NCBI GenBank assembly: GCA_041906785.1
Contig: JAYRIM010000029.1
Coordinates: 1,149 to 65,148 of the forward strand
Origin: Candidatus Levyibacteriota bacterium
GTDB lineage: Bacteria; Patescibacteriota; Microgenomatia; Levybacterales; UBA12049
Length of the DNA: 64,000 bases
Reading direction: 5' to 3'
In this document: piece by piece, positions 27,996-37,591 of the stretch
Numbering within the stretch: position 1 is the stretch's first letter
Layout: each line of letters starts with the position of its first letter
Notes under the pieces: generated by a model
What the model was told of the DNA's origin: nothing
Seen by the model: only the letters and a program-made list of their open reading frames with translations
Database searches by the model: none
Translations under genes and position numbers: made by a program

Positions 27996-29549
27996 ATGAC
28001 TACCCGAAAATTTCTTAAAGTATTCTGTTTGCTTTTCTTAATCGCATTACAATTGACAAACCCTTCGGGTTCATACGCTCAGTCTTCAAGCAAGTTAGAA
28101 TCATGTTTCCAATATTATAATTACGGAAAAGTTAAAGCTGAATTAGTTACTGAACGGAATGACTATAATTCAGGAGAGTCAGCACGCATTCTAGGAACAG
28201 TTACAAACGAAAATAGTTTTCCTCTTCGAGATGTTGTGCTGTACGCACAATTAAAACGAATTAATAATGAGCTCTCATTTAATGAAAACGGACATTATCT
28301 TATTGATCGCTTTACTGTAAAACAAGAACTCAATTTCCTTCCCCATGAAGTTAAAAATATAGACGTTTCTTTTCCAATAAACGCCTCATATCCAAATGGC
28401 GAATACGAAGTTCATTATTTTATTTATTCTCCTTTAGGTTTCCATTATGGAGGAAGACCATTTCTTGAGGAGGATGTCGCTGGAATATCTTCCTTCACTA
28501 TAACAAACGGAAAAAATCCTGATGTATTCTTTGATGTAGGAAATGTACAGGTTAATAGCGTATCACAAAAACTTCGCGGCGCAACGCAAGAATTTACTCA
28601 AGATTCTCTTTCCTTCTCCATCCCCGTGATTGATACTCGCCCGTATAAATCTGCGGTCCAAGTGTCTGTCCGCTGGTATCAATTTGAAGACACGTTTGAA
28701 CAAAATATTCTTAAAACAGAAGAAGCAGTTTACCAGCCGCCTGATCAGACAATCCAACTTACATTTTCTCCTCCAGTTCCTGGTGCATATGTACTAGTTC
28801 TTGAGATAGATGAACCTGTCCGGTCCATGTTTAAATATCGTTTTGCGAAAATAGGGGCTGGCTCATCAATATTACGAATGAATGACTTAGGTATTACAGC
28901 ATATCCCCCGACTACTGATGATCGAGCATTTGTCTGTTTCCATGCACCGTCATCTGTGTCTACTATAGAAACTACTGTCAAACTTGCTATCTTAGATGAT
29001 AAAAAAAATCCAGTTTCATCTATTGAAGAATCCCAATCATTTCCACCAAATGTTTTAGCGCTCAGCCTACCATTATCGAAATTAAAAAATAAAAACGATT
29101 TTTGGATTCAAACCACATTTATACCGAAAGATACGAATATCAAACAGCAAAAAGCTGAAATACATTATACTTGCGATATATTTTCCGATAGTGTCACAGC
29201 TCTAAAATTACAATATAATGCAACAGAAAAAAAGCAGTTGACTGTTCAGTCAATAGATCTTTGTGGTAAATCCTCAACTGGCTATGTGGAAGAAATAAAA
29301 ATTTTTAAAGATAATAAAACTGTTCTAGAAAAATATAATGTTACAGATGGTATAGTTACTGTAGCATCTTTAAAACCTGGAACATATAAAGCATCTGCCA
29401 AGAATGGTAAGCTAGCCGCATCACTAACATTTACCATAGCTGAAGGGAATAGTTTTGTTATGCTTATTGTTACTCTTGGCTTAGCATTTATGTTTTTCGT
29501 AGGAGTTGCATTTATATATCGTTTGCGAAAAAGTAAACCAATAGTATGA
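27996..29549 (+). CDS. secreted multi-Ig-like protein with C-terminal membrane anchor
   Basis: signal peptide (SYA), Y..GE...I.G.V.N Ig-like repeats, C-terminal TM plus basic tail. Confidence 0.75.
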   Translation: MTTRKFLKVFCLLFLIALQLTNPSGSYAQSSSKLESCFQYYNYGKVKAELVTERNDYNSGESARILGTVTNENSFPLRDVVLYAQLKRINNELSFNENGHYLIDRFTVKQELNFLPHEVKNIDVSFPINASYPNGEYEVHYFIYSPLGFHYGGRPFLEEDVAGISSFTITNGKNPDVFFDVGNVQVNSVSQKLRGATQEFTQDSLSFSIPVIDTRPYKSAVQVSVRWYQFEDTFEQNILKTEEAVYQPPDQTIQLTFSPPVPGAYVLVLEIDEPVRSMFKYRFAKIGAGSSILRMNDLGITAYPPTTDDRAFVCFHAPSSVSTIETTVKLAILDDKKNPVSSIEESQSFPPNVLALSLPLSKLKNKNDFWIQTTFIPKDTNIKQQKAEIHYTCDIFSDSVTALKLQYNATEKKQLTVQSIDLCGKSSTGYVEEIKIFKDNKTVLEKYNVTDGIVTVASLKPGTYKASAKNGKLAASLTFTIAEGNSFVMLIVTLGLAFMFFVGVAFIYRLRKSKPIV

Positions 29550-30865
29550 AAAAAATATTTTTTGTTGTTTTTTTATTATGTGTCGGAATATTTTCTTTAC
29601 AAGCAGTATCTCAGGTCGATGCAGATTATACTAGTATGCGAATTCCCCCGATTGGAGATAATCCAGATAACTATCGTACTGACTGTTATGGCCTAACAAC
29701 ATCGGAAAATCTCTCAGTACAAGTAAAGAAAAATCAGGTGGATCTCGCATCAACATCATCAAATGCATGTACCTTTACAATGGACGTGCGAGCTCGTGGT
29801 GAATGGGAATCAGTAGGAGCCCATGAAGATTCTCCGCCTTTTGGTTGGCGTGGACAGCCAGTATGGAATCCTATTACTTTCCGATCAGATTATGGAGTAG
29901 TCGCTGGAGGATTTAGTGGATTTAGTGTTACCTGCACTGACCCAGGCTATTCACTTCCTAATGCATTACCTAGCTATGTGGAACTAGTTAAAGAGGAAGA
30001 CCTTTTTGCTACTGACCCTGCTGTAGCATCTGGAAAACGGTATTATTTCCGCCTAAAGTCAGACGCGCCACAAACAGGTACATTTAATATTCTTGCTCAA
30101 GCATCGTACTCATGCCAACTTGACGCAGATATTGGTTCGATCTGGGGCAGAGTTATAATGCAAACGATTCAACCTGGCAGAAACTATTATTCCTATTGTG
30201 CAGGTGCTGAAGTCATAGATAAGAGCTCTCATCAAACATCTTTTAATTATCGCATAAGCCTTGAAAACGGCTGTCTCGCCTCTCCTCCGCCACCTAGCCC
30301 AACAGTCACTCCCCAACCTCCTGCCTCTTCATCATGTGAACCGATTACACTCAGTGGAGAGTTAAAAACCGGAGGGACAATCACACTAACAGCAACAAAG
30401 CGCGGGTCAGAATCACCCGGCGCAGGAACCTTTCATGTCACTAAGGACGCAAATGAACTAACTACTTCCCCATTAATTGGACCGACTGTCACAACAGCTC
30501 TCGACCCTTCAACGAATCAAAATGTAAATGTTTACACAACAAGATGGCCATATACACTTACAAACTCTGGAACATATACGATTTCGCTTGAATATTCTCC
30601 TGCTGTCCAGCAAATAGAAAACACTAACCATCCGTTTACGTTTTCTTCATTTTTCAAATTTATGACAAACAGTTGGAAATCATTAGGAAAAAAAGAAACA
30701 AATTTACAAAAAACGACAATAGCAAAAAAAGAACCTAAGCCGAATGTTCTGAGCGCGACATCACAACGCTCTATACAGCTCTATCAATTCCAACTTACTC
30801 CTACGCCAGCCTCAGCGATAATAAGTAGAACATGTGCTGAAATTAAGTTCACAGTTGCCCAGTAA
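29546..30865 (+). CDS. secreted Cys-containing hypothetical protein
   Basis: signal peptide (VDA), Pro-rich linker; 4-nt overlap with upstream gene. Confidence 0.7.
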   Translation: MKKIFFVVFLLCVGIFSLQAVSQVDADYTSMRIPPIGDNPDNYRTDCYGLTTSENLSVQVKKNQVDLASTSSNACTFTMDVRARGEWESVGAHEDSPPFGWRGQPVWNPITFRSDYGVVAGGFSGFSVTCTDPGYSLPNALPSYVELVKEEDLFATDPAVASGKRYYFRLKSDAPQTGTFNILAQASYSCQLDADIGSIWGRVIMQTIQPGRNYYSYCAGAEVIDKSSHQTSFNYRISLENGCLASPPPPSPTVTPQPPASSSCEPITLSGELKTGGTITLTATKRGSESPGAGTFHVTKDANELTTSPLIGPTVTTALDPSTNQNVNVYTTRWPYTLTNSGTYTISLEYSPAVQQIENTNHPFTFSSFFKFMTNSWKSLGKKETNLQKTTIAKKEPKPNVLSATSQRSIQLYQFQLTPTPASAIISRTCAEIKFTVAQ

Positions 30866-30912
30866 TTCTGCGAAACGTTGACAATACCCCTACCTCATGG
30901 TATTATGTACGA

Positions 30913-31061
30913 ACCTAAGACAGTAGGCAAAACAATAAGACCTACCGAGGAGCGGACTGAGCAAAGCAAAGGAGCTCGCCTGCGCACGAAGTGCAGACAG
31001 GCGCGGAATTTCTTTACAATTATTAATCCGCATCACTCACGGACATCTTAGGTAGATGTCC
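30913..31061 (+). promoter_or_regulatory. ribosomal protein L10 leader (autogenous control RNA)
   Basis: CCTAAGACAGTAGG...TAA..CCTACCGAGG upstream of rplJ; promoter TTGACA 30878 / TATTAT 30901; GGACATCT/AGATGTCC hairpin plus T-run. Confidence 0.8.
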
Positions 31062-31067
31062 TTTTTT

Positions 31068-31613
31068 ATGGATACAGCAACTAAAATTTCAGCAAACAAA
31101 AATAAAAAAGCTGCAATCATCAGCGAAGTAACCGCAAAGGTTAAAAAAGCAAAAGGATTCGTATTTACGAATTATCAAGGGCTAACCCATCATCAGCTTG
31201 AAGATCTTAAGCGAGGAATGAAAAAACTCGACGCTGAATATGTTGCTACTAAAAATACGTTACTCAAACGAGCCCTCCAAGAAGGAACTGATAGCTCACA
31301 ACTCATAACTGATAACTTTGATGGTCCTACAGCAACAGTATTTATGTATAAGGATGCAGTCGAACCGATTAAAGAATTGACGAAGTCAATAAAAGCATTA
31401 CAACTCCCGGTCATCAAATTCGGCATTATTGAAGGTAAAAGAGTTGATGCAGCCCAAATTGAAAGATTGGCTACCCTCCCGCCGCTGAATGTTCTCCGTG
31501 CACAACTTGTTGGTAACTTACAATCACCTATTGCAGGATTTCATAGAGCATTGCATTGGAATTTACAGAAACTTGTTTTAACATTGAGTGCAATTCAACA
31601 AAAGAAACAATAA
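31068..31613 (+). CDS. rplJ: 50S ribosomal protein L10
   Basis: YQGLT..QL..L, KNTLLKRAL, GPTA, LATLP. Confidence 0.95.
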   Translation: MDTATKISANKNKKAAIISEVTAKVKKAKGFVFTNYQGLTHHQLEDLKRGMKKLDAEYVATKNTLLKRALQEGTDSSQLITDNFDGPTATVFMYKDAVEPIKELTKSIKALQLPVIKFGIIEGKRVDAAQIERLATLPPLNVLRAQLVGNLQSPIAGFHRALHWNLQKLVLTLSAIQQKKQ

Positions 31614-31615
31614 TT

Positions 31616-31673
31616 TGTCATTCTGAGCTTTAGCGAAGAATCTTAAAGATCCTTCGTTTCACTCAGGATGACA
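31616..31673. repeat. GTCAT...ATGAC palindromic (REP-like) element
   Basis: TGTCATTCTGAGC..AGCGAAGAATCT..AGATCCTTCG..CTCAGGATGACA. Confidence 0.85.
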
Positions 31674-31700
31674 TTACAAAAGAAAGGCGGTGAATGAAAC

Positions 31701-32099
31701 ATGGCAAAAATGACAAAAGAAGAATTAATGAGCGCGATTGAAGAGATGTCAGTTTTAGAACTTGCTGATCTCGTCAAAGCACTTGAAGAAAAATTTGGAG
31801 TTTCCGCAGCAGCTACTATGGTGGCAGCAGCGCCAGCAGCCGCTGGAGCAGCACCAGCAGCAGATGCAGCACCAGCTGAAGAGCAAACAATTTTTAACGT
31901 TGTTCTCGCAAATTCAGGTGCTAACAAAATTGCAGTTATTAAAGCTCTTCGCGAACTCGTTCCAACACTTGGATTGAAAGAAGCGAAAGATTTAGTAGAC
32001 ACAGCACCAAAAGAAGTTATGACGCAAGTCAATAAAAAAACTGCTGATGAAGCAAAAACGAAATTAACAGCAGCGGGTGCAACTGTAGAATTGAAATAA
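31701..32099 (+). CDS. rplL: 50S ribosomal protein L7/L12
   Basis: [45 protein letters not shown]. Confidence 0.98.
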   Translation: MAKMTKEELMSAIEEMSVLELADLVKALEEKFGVSAAATMVAAAPAAAGAAPAADAAPAEEQTIFNVVLANSGANKIAVIKALRELVPTLGLKEAKDLVDTAPKEVMTQVNKKTADEAKTKLTAAGATVELK

Positions 32100-32173
32100 C
32101 AAAAAACGCTAAACTAATAATCCCGATCTATATCGGGGTGCCCAACACTTAACACTAGTTTAGCGTTTTTTTG
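32100..32173 (+). terminator. long (probably bidirectional) terminator hairpin
   Basis: AAAAAACGCTAAACTA / TAGTTTAGCGTTTTTT perfect inverted repeat between convergent genes. Confidence 0.75.
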
Positions 32174-32176
32174 TGG

Positions 32177-32902
32177 TTACCGAGTAAATGAAATAGTTTT
32201 TAGAAGCGATATAATACTTTTTTCAGAAATATTTTTCTTGTTAGTTAACGCTATTCCTTTACCTTGAATAACTGCTATATAACATGACCACGGTGTCTCT
32301 TGACTCACCCATTCATATCCACACATTGCAGGCTCTGTGAGAAAAACTTTATATGTAAAGTTTCCATTTCCTAAATCGATCCGTTTATATTCTTCTATAG
32401 ATTCATCATGAAATGTATTATTAAATGCTAAGTATAGTTTCTTAAATTTATCTTCTTCTGTTCTTCCCTCTTTTATGGTAGTTAAAGCTGCAACTGTCTC
32501 AATCGTCATATAATCAGCACCATATTTTTGTAGATGAATGCTGCCACTATCCACATCAACCAGTGTAAGCTCTGAAGGGTAATCGAATCGAAACCCTCTT
32601 TTTTTATTTTTCAATGTCTCATTAAATGTTTTAGTGACAGTCGGATTTTTTAAATATGTTTCTGTGACCTCTGAAAGTTTTGGCGACCAACCATTACCTA
32701 CGCACCATCCTCCTGTAGAATTTGCTTCTAATTGACAGCGATATCCTTGAGGACAAACAGACCCCATAAATCCACTGCAGGAAATCTTCGTATATACTGT
32801 GTATTGTGATTTATTATAAAAATAAAATGCTACAAATAGGAGAACTAAAAGAATAAGTAGTGGTATAAAGATTTTTTTGTATTTTTTCAACTGATCTTTC
32901 AT
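32177..32902 (-). CDS. membrane-anchored hypothetical protein with small Cys-rich domain
   Basis: TM, CSGFMGSVCPQGYRC...GGWC, F.FDYP segment. Confidence 0.7.
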   Translation of the reverse strand: MKDQLKKYKKIFIPLLILLVLLFVAFYFYNKSQYTVYTKISCSGFMGSVCPQGYRCQLEANSTGGWCVGNGWSPKLSEVTETYLKNPTVTKTFNETLKNKKRGFRFDYPSELTLVDVDSGSIHLQKYGADYMTIETVAALTTIKEGRTEEDKFKKLYLAFNNTFHDESIEEYKRIDLGNGNFTYKVFLTEPAMCGYEWVSQETPWSCYIAVIQGKGIALTNKKNISEKSIISLLKTISFTR

Positions 32903-33024
32903 AGTTTTAGCTTATACTCCCATAACAGCAATTGCAACTTGTAACGTGTAACTAATAAATTATAGGCCATTGACAAGTTTGTTATAGTTTGTTACCTTAA
33001 AAATAGCTTTTATCTATTTATAGC

Positions 33025-33252
33025 ATGACTGATCCCACCCTAAATAATAAAAAACAACTTTCTATTGAAAAACTACCTGATCTTCTTACAGTACGTGAAG
33101 TTGCAGAAATTCTTCGAGTTTCACCTTTAACAATAAAACGTTGGGGTAAACGCGGAAAACTTCCAGCGATTCGTATTAATTCCCGGGGCGACAGACGCTA
33201 TAAAAAAGAAGCAGTGTTATGGTTACTTGGTATTCAACAAAAGACGGAGTAA
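33025..33252 (+). CDS. MerR/excisionase-like HTH DNA-binding protein
   Basis: LLTVREVAEILRVSPLTIKRW...GKL.AIR...GDRRY; AGTTTGTTA direct repeat in its promoter. Confidence 0.9.
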   Translation: MTDPTLNNKKQLSIEKLPDLLTVREVAEILRVSPLTIKRWGKRGKLPAIRINSRGDRRYKKEAVLWLLGIQQKTE

Positions 33253-33382
33253 CCTCTTTATTATGCAACGCCTTAGTGGATTAGCTTAACTCATCGGTAT
33301 TTGACAGAATCTGCATAGACTCTCCAATTTAATATTTTTGAATACCATTGAAACATATATTTTTTTTATATATAGTAAACAT

Positions 33383-34348
33383 ATGAATGATGGACCAATG
33401 ATGGAAGTTACTACACCTGTTATTAAAACAGGCCTTGATCGTGCTTTATCAACCCCGGAAATGAGAGACGTCATGCAAACAGAAGCTGCACCAAAAAATC
33501 TTCGTAAGCTAGGTGAAAAAATGAGAGTAGCATCCTTAAGTTTTCTTTATGAACAACAACATGAAAATCGGATTGGTGTAAACCAGCTATCTATGCAAGA
33601 AGCTATTAGATCTCTCCATATTTTATCAACTCCTGGATGGAAACTTTTTGATGAAGATCCGGATGAAGAATTTAAAGCTGGCGAATATCGTACAGACCTT
33701 CTTCAATTTGGTGACAAGATTCCTCCCCACCCAAATGATGTTCCGAGTCTCATGGCACATTTTGGTAGTAGATTAAGTGAACTTTTGGAAGATTGTCCAC
33801 CTGATGATGCCGATTTACTCGCTACATGGGCAGACTCTGTTTTTGTAGCAATTCATCCTTTTCGAGACGGAAATGGCAGAACAGGCAGATCACTTGTAGA
33901 ATATATTCGGTATAGTATAGCTCGTAAACACGGAACTGAGTATAAACCTCTCCATTTATCGCGTACTGAAGAAGCTGCTGGAGAAATGGTAACTGACCAA
34001 TTAGGCCAAGTGCAGTATGAACTCGGCCTATTTAATGGTACGACCGATAAAAGTGGTAATATTCTTCGTACAGCGCAAGACGCATATGATAGTAACCCGA
34101 CCACATATTTTGTAGATGTCGCGGATCGAATTCGTGAAGGAATTGTAACTACTGAAAGTGTTCAGGATTTAAGAAAATATCCAAAATTAGCAAAACTTGC
34201 AGAAGGAATACAAACAATAGGAAACTGGAAAAATTATGAAACTAACTCTATGGCAGCAGATGCAGGAGCAGAAGCGTATAGTAAAGAATTAGAATTCAAG
34301 TTGCCAAAGGTAAGAGCAGAATTAAAAGATCTAGCCAGAGCAGCGTAA
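33383..34348 (+). CDS. Fic-domain protein (probable AMPylase)
   Basis: canonical HPFRDGNGRTGR; AGEYRT. Confidence 0.9.
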   Translation: MNDGPMMEVTTPVIKTGLDRALSTPEMRDVMQTEAAPKNLRKLGEKMRVASLSFLYEQQHENRIGVNQLSMQEAIRSLHILSTPGWKLFDEDPDEEFKAGEYRTDLLQFGDKIPPHPNDVPSLMAHFGSRLSELLEDCPPDDADLLATWADSVFVAIHPFRDGNGRTGRSLVEYIRYSIARKHGTEYKPLHLSRTEEAAGEMVTDQLGQVQYELGLFNGTTDKSGNILRTAQDAYDSNPTTYFVDVADRIREGIVTTESVQDLRKYPKLAKLAEGIQTIGNWKNYETNSMAADAGAEAYSKELEFKLPKVRAELKDLARAA

Positions 34349-34355
34349 TACGATT

Positions 34356-34601
34356 TTACTTCGTCCCTTCTTTTCCTTCTTCTGAAGTTTCGAAATCAAA
34401 CGGACCGCCATGTTCGGTAGGAAAAATACTTGGTATACTTCCTGGTTCTTCTTCATCGGGGACCCCATCAGTAACCCCAGCCGTACCAATTTCTTCTTTC
34501 GGCTCAGCCTCTTTTATATCAGTTCTTTTCGGTCTTGGTGTAAGGTTTATATCTTCTGGTTCCCCCCAATGACCTCCTTCATGTTCACGGCCTCCACCCA
34601 T
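34356..34601 (-). CDS. small acidic disordered hypothetical protein
   Basis: 81-aa ORF with TATACT upstream. Confidence 0.5.
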   Translation of the reverse strand: MGGGREHEGGHWGEPEDINLTPRPKRTDIKEAEPKEEIGTAGVTDGVPDEEEPGSIPSIFPTEHGGPFDFETSEEGKEGTK

Positions 34602-34656
34602 AAGCCTTTTTAACAGTATAGATCAGGATTTATGAAAAATATGTAAGAAGATGAGA

Positions 34657-37476
34657 TTACTTTCTACCAAATCGTAACCAGGATCGCCAGCCACTAGACT
34701 TTACAGGTTCAGGCGGAGGTTGCTGACCTGCATCTGACGGCGATGATGTAGCCGGAGGTAATGGAGGAGGTGCATTCCGTAGAAATGAAGGTACATCTAA
34801 ATCAGAGGCTGTCGTAGCGGTGCCAGTTGTTGCTGGAGGTGTTGTGCTTGAAGAAGCAGGTCGCGGTGGAAATGTCGGAACATCTAAATCGTCTTCTGCA
34901 CCCCTAGGTGTAAAACGAACTGGAACACTACGACCTGCTGAAACCCCTGTTTCTTCCTCGTGACTTTCATCTACAGCCGAAGACACTGCTACAGGCTCTT
35001 CGACACTTGTCCTTCCTGCTCTTCTTGCATCCATAATGGCATCAAATCTACCAAGCAGTTCTTCTGTGACTCTTCCTTCTACTAGTCTTCTCAACTCTTC
35101 ATCAGGTATCTCCCGAGCCATATCTAACAAAGATTCGATATTCGTACTAACCATTTCAATATCATTATCACTTAAATCATTCACTCTCGAACTAACATCT
35201 CTCAACTCTACTCTTAATTCCTCCATTGCCTGTACAGGAAACTCGCCAACTCTCCGCTGTAATTCAGTAGTCACGCGAGATTGCGCTTGTGCAACCTGTG
35301 GGTTTTCATCAGGATTCCCAGTTAATGCAGCTCTAAATTCAGCCATCAGATCATCTGCCGAAAGATTCTGGAGTCTGTCGGTTTCTCGTGATTCAGTAAC
35401 ATGCTGCTCTAGTGTGTGTAATTCTTCTTTTAATAACGCAACTATCTCCGGCGAACCTCCTTGTGTCTCAAATTCTTCTATAGCTTGATTAAAATTTCCT
35501 ACGCCATATAAAAACCGTCTCTGGAAGGGACTTGAGTTTCGTTTGTGCATCTCTATTAATTGGGGTGCAGAAATGTTTAATGCATACATTAACATTCTTT
35601 TATCAAGTGACTCTTCTGCTTCTTCATACTCAGATAATGCAGTCCGTATGGCTGCTGCAGAATTTAGTTGACCCAATCTTTCTCGATATCTATTGACAAT
35701 GGGACCAAATGTAGGCTCCATAATTCTCATAGCAAATTCCGCTGCGTTCCTATTTCCAGACTCTTGTAATCCATAAATTCTAGAGAGAATACCTTGTGCT
35801 CCATTTTCTAATACTTGAGGATCTCTTCGAACCGCAGCATCAATATCCATCAACTCTCTATATGTGTTACTTGATATGCCTAATCCTGTTGCTACTTGAT
35901 CAATTGCCTCCATTACCGCAGCTGTTTGAGGATCATTAGCATTTTCAATTGGTCTATCCCAATTTTCAGCAACTGTTCTATGTAATGCTATTGCCTGATC
36001 AACAGTCATGCGAGGTTCATCCTCAGGCTCTATTTTCGCTCTAGCTAATTCGAGCTGCTCTTTTAGATATGCGAGTACTTCTTCTGACCTTCCTGGACGA
36101 GCCTCAAACTGCCGTATTTCCTCTTCAGCTTCCTGTAAATGCATTCGATAAGGATACAGCCCTTCCTGTGCATTAATCCTATTCAACGTAGCTAATCCAG
36201 GGGCAGCAACTCGTAATGCATGCATCATAGGTACAATATCATCAGGATCGAACTCCTCATTTTCTCTACCTCCCTCCCATACTAATCGATACGCGTTCCT
36301 CACTGCCTCAACTGTATTTAAGCTTCCTACTTGCGTCCTATATCGTCTTATAGGATCTGCAAATATTGGTTCTAGATTTCTAAACAGAAAATCTGTAGCT
36401 GTTGTATTCCCCCGCCCCTGATATCTTGCAAGTTGATCGAGAACAGTATCTTCACGTGAAAAACCTCCTTGTTGCTGAATAAGAACATCAAGTAATCCTC
36501 TATAATCGTCCTCATCAATGCCAGTAGATCTTGCTATTTCAGCAATGTCACGATCAAGTGCAGCTCGAAGGTTATTATCAGGAGTCTGTTGATATTGCGC
36601 AAATCGTATAAGTGTATCTACATGCAGTCTCGCAGCTTGACGCAGAGCTGCTTCACTCTCTTCATCTGTTCGTTGATCCCCCGTTTCGGTTCTATCGGTT
36701 GTTGGTTGTGCAATAACAGGCTCAGGACTCGCTGGAAGAGCTGCTCGCAGCGCTGCTTCATCTGGCAATGATGCTCTCACTGTAGAAACCAAATGTTCAA
36801 GAGCAGCTCTCGCTTGAGGATTTCTCACTCGTGCAGCTGCAGCAGTCAGTTCATCGAGTCTACTTACCAGTCTTGGAAGTGAAGCTAATGCCGTACGTGG
36901 ATCTGATGGTAATCTGAGAATATCTCCACGAACTCGTTCTAGATGTCCAGCCGGGAATCCTGTTTCTCGTTGGATATCTCGAACTACTGCCATCACTTCC
37001 TTTTGTGTAATTCCTTCAGTGGTTATTGCTGTCGTGTAGCGGGAATAAACACTTCCTGCATCTGCAGGATCACCACCTGGTATTCGTTCTGGTTCAGGTG
37101 CAGCAACTTCATCAACAACTTCTGGCTCAACTACACGAGCTTCTTCCACTGCAGTTTCTTCTCGAGCTGCCTCTTCTAATACTGGTTCTGTTCGAGTTGC
37201 AGCCTCTGCTTGTCGTCTTCTTTCAGCCAAAACTGCCGCTGGGTCGATAACTACCTCTGTGCCAAACCGCATTGTACTCCTCATAGGAGATACAGCTTCA
37301 GTATGCGTTGCAGCAACTTGTGGTCTTTCTTCTCCTGTCTCACCTCTTCGCTGTGACAATAAAGCGTTAGGATCGATAACTACCTCTGTACCAAAGGTTA
37401 CTCTTCCCGCCGCTGGCTTTACCACTTCTGATGATTTTCTTGTTTGGTCTTCTGACCCTCCTGTTTCACCCGCCAT
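34657..37476 (-). CDS. 939-aa acidic helical-repeat protein with FtsZ-tail-like motifs and C-terminal amphipathic helix
   Basis: two ~210-aa internal repeats; DDLDVPTF and DLDVPSFLR; ends GWRSWLRFGRK. Confidence 0.8.
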   Translation of the reverse strand: MAGETGGSEDQTRKSSEVVKPAAGRVTFGTEVVIDPNALLSQRRGETGEERPQVAATHTEAVSPMRSTMRFGTEVVIDPAAVLAERRRQAEAATRTEPVLEEAAREETAVEEARVVEPEVVDEVAAPEPERIPGGDPADAGSVYSRYTTAITTEGITQKEVMAVVRDIQRETGFPAGHLERVRGDILRLPSDPRTALASLPRLVSRLDELTAAAARVRNPQARAALEHLVSTVRASLPDEAALRAALPASPEPVIAQPTTDRTETGDQRTDEESEAALRQAARLHVDTLIRFAQYQQTPDNNLRAALDRDIAEIARSTGIDEDDYRGLLDVLIQQQGGFSREDTVLDQLARYQGRGNTTATDFLFRNLEPIFADPIRRYRTQVGSLNTVEAVRNAYRLVWEGGRENEEFDPDDIVPMMHALRVAAPGLATLNRINAQEGLYPYRMHLQEAEEEIRQFEARPGRSEEVLAYLKEQLELARAKIEPEDEPRMTVDQAIALHRTVAENWDRPIENANDPQTAAVMEAIDQVATGLGISSNTYRELMDIDAAVRRDPQVLENGAQGILSRIYGLQESGNRNAAEFAMRIMEPTFGPIVNRYRERLGQLNSAAAIRTALSEYEEAEESLDKRMLMYALNISAPQLIEMHKRNSSPFQRRFLYGVGNFNQAIEEFETQGGSPEIVALLKEELHTLEQHVTESRETDRLQNLSADDLMAEFRAALTGNPDENPQVAQAQSRVTTELQRRVGEFPVQAMEELRVELRDVSSRVNDLSDNDIEMVSTNIESLLDMAREIPDEELRRLVEGRVTEELLGRFDAIMDARRAGRTSVEEPVAVSSAVDESHEEETGVSAGRSVPVRFTPRGAEDDLDVPTFPPRPASSSTTPPATTGTATTASDLDVPSFLRNAPPPLPPATSSPSDAGQQPPPEPVKSSGWRSWLRFGRK

Positions 37477-37591
37477 ATACTATTATATTGATAGAAAATG
37501 TAAGAATTGTCCAGAAGAAAAAAAGTATTAAAGGTATCAGGAGCTTAATCAATAGTTAACTAGCAAACGCCAAGCATTTTTTATTCTTCTA

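Noticed and set aside
33025-33252. Excisionase marking a prophage or ICE
   Set aside because: No integrase, att repeats or phage genes; more likely a stand-alone HTH regulator.
37390-37410. RVTF as a eukaryotic PP1-docking RVxF motif
   Set aside because: Four-residue match, not retained in the second repeat copy, no eukaryote-interaction context.
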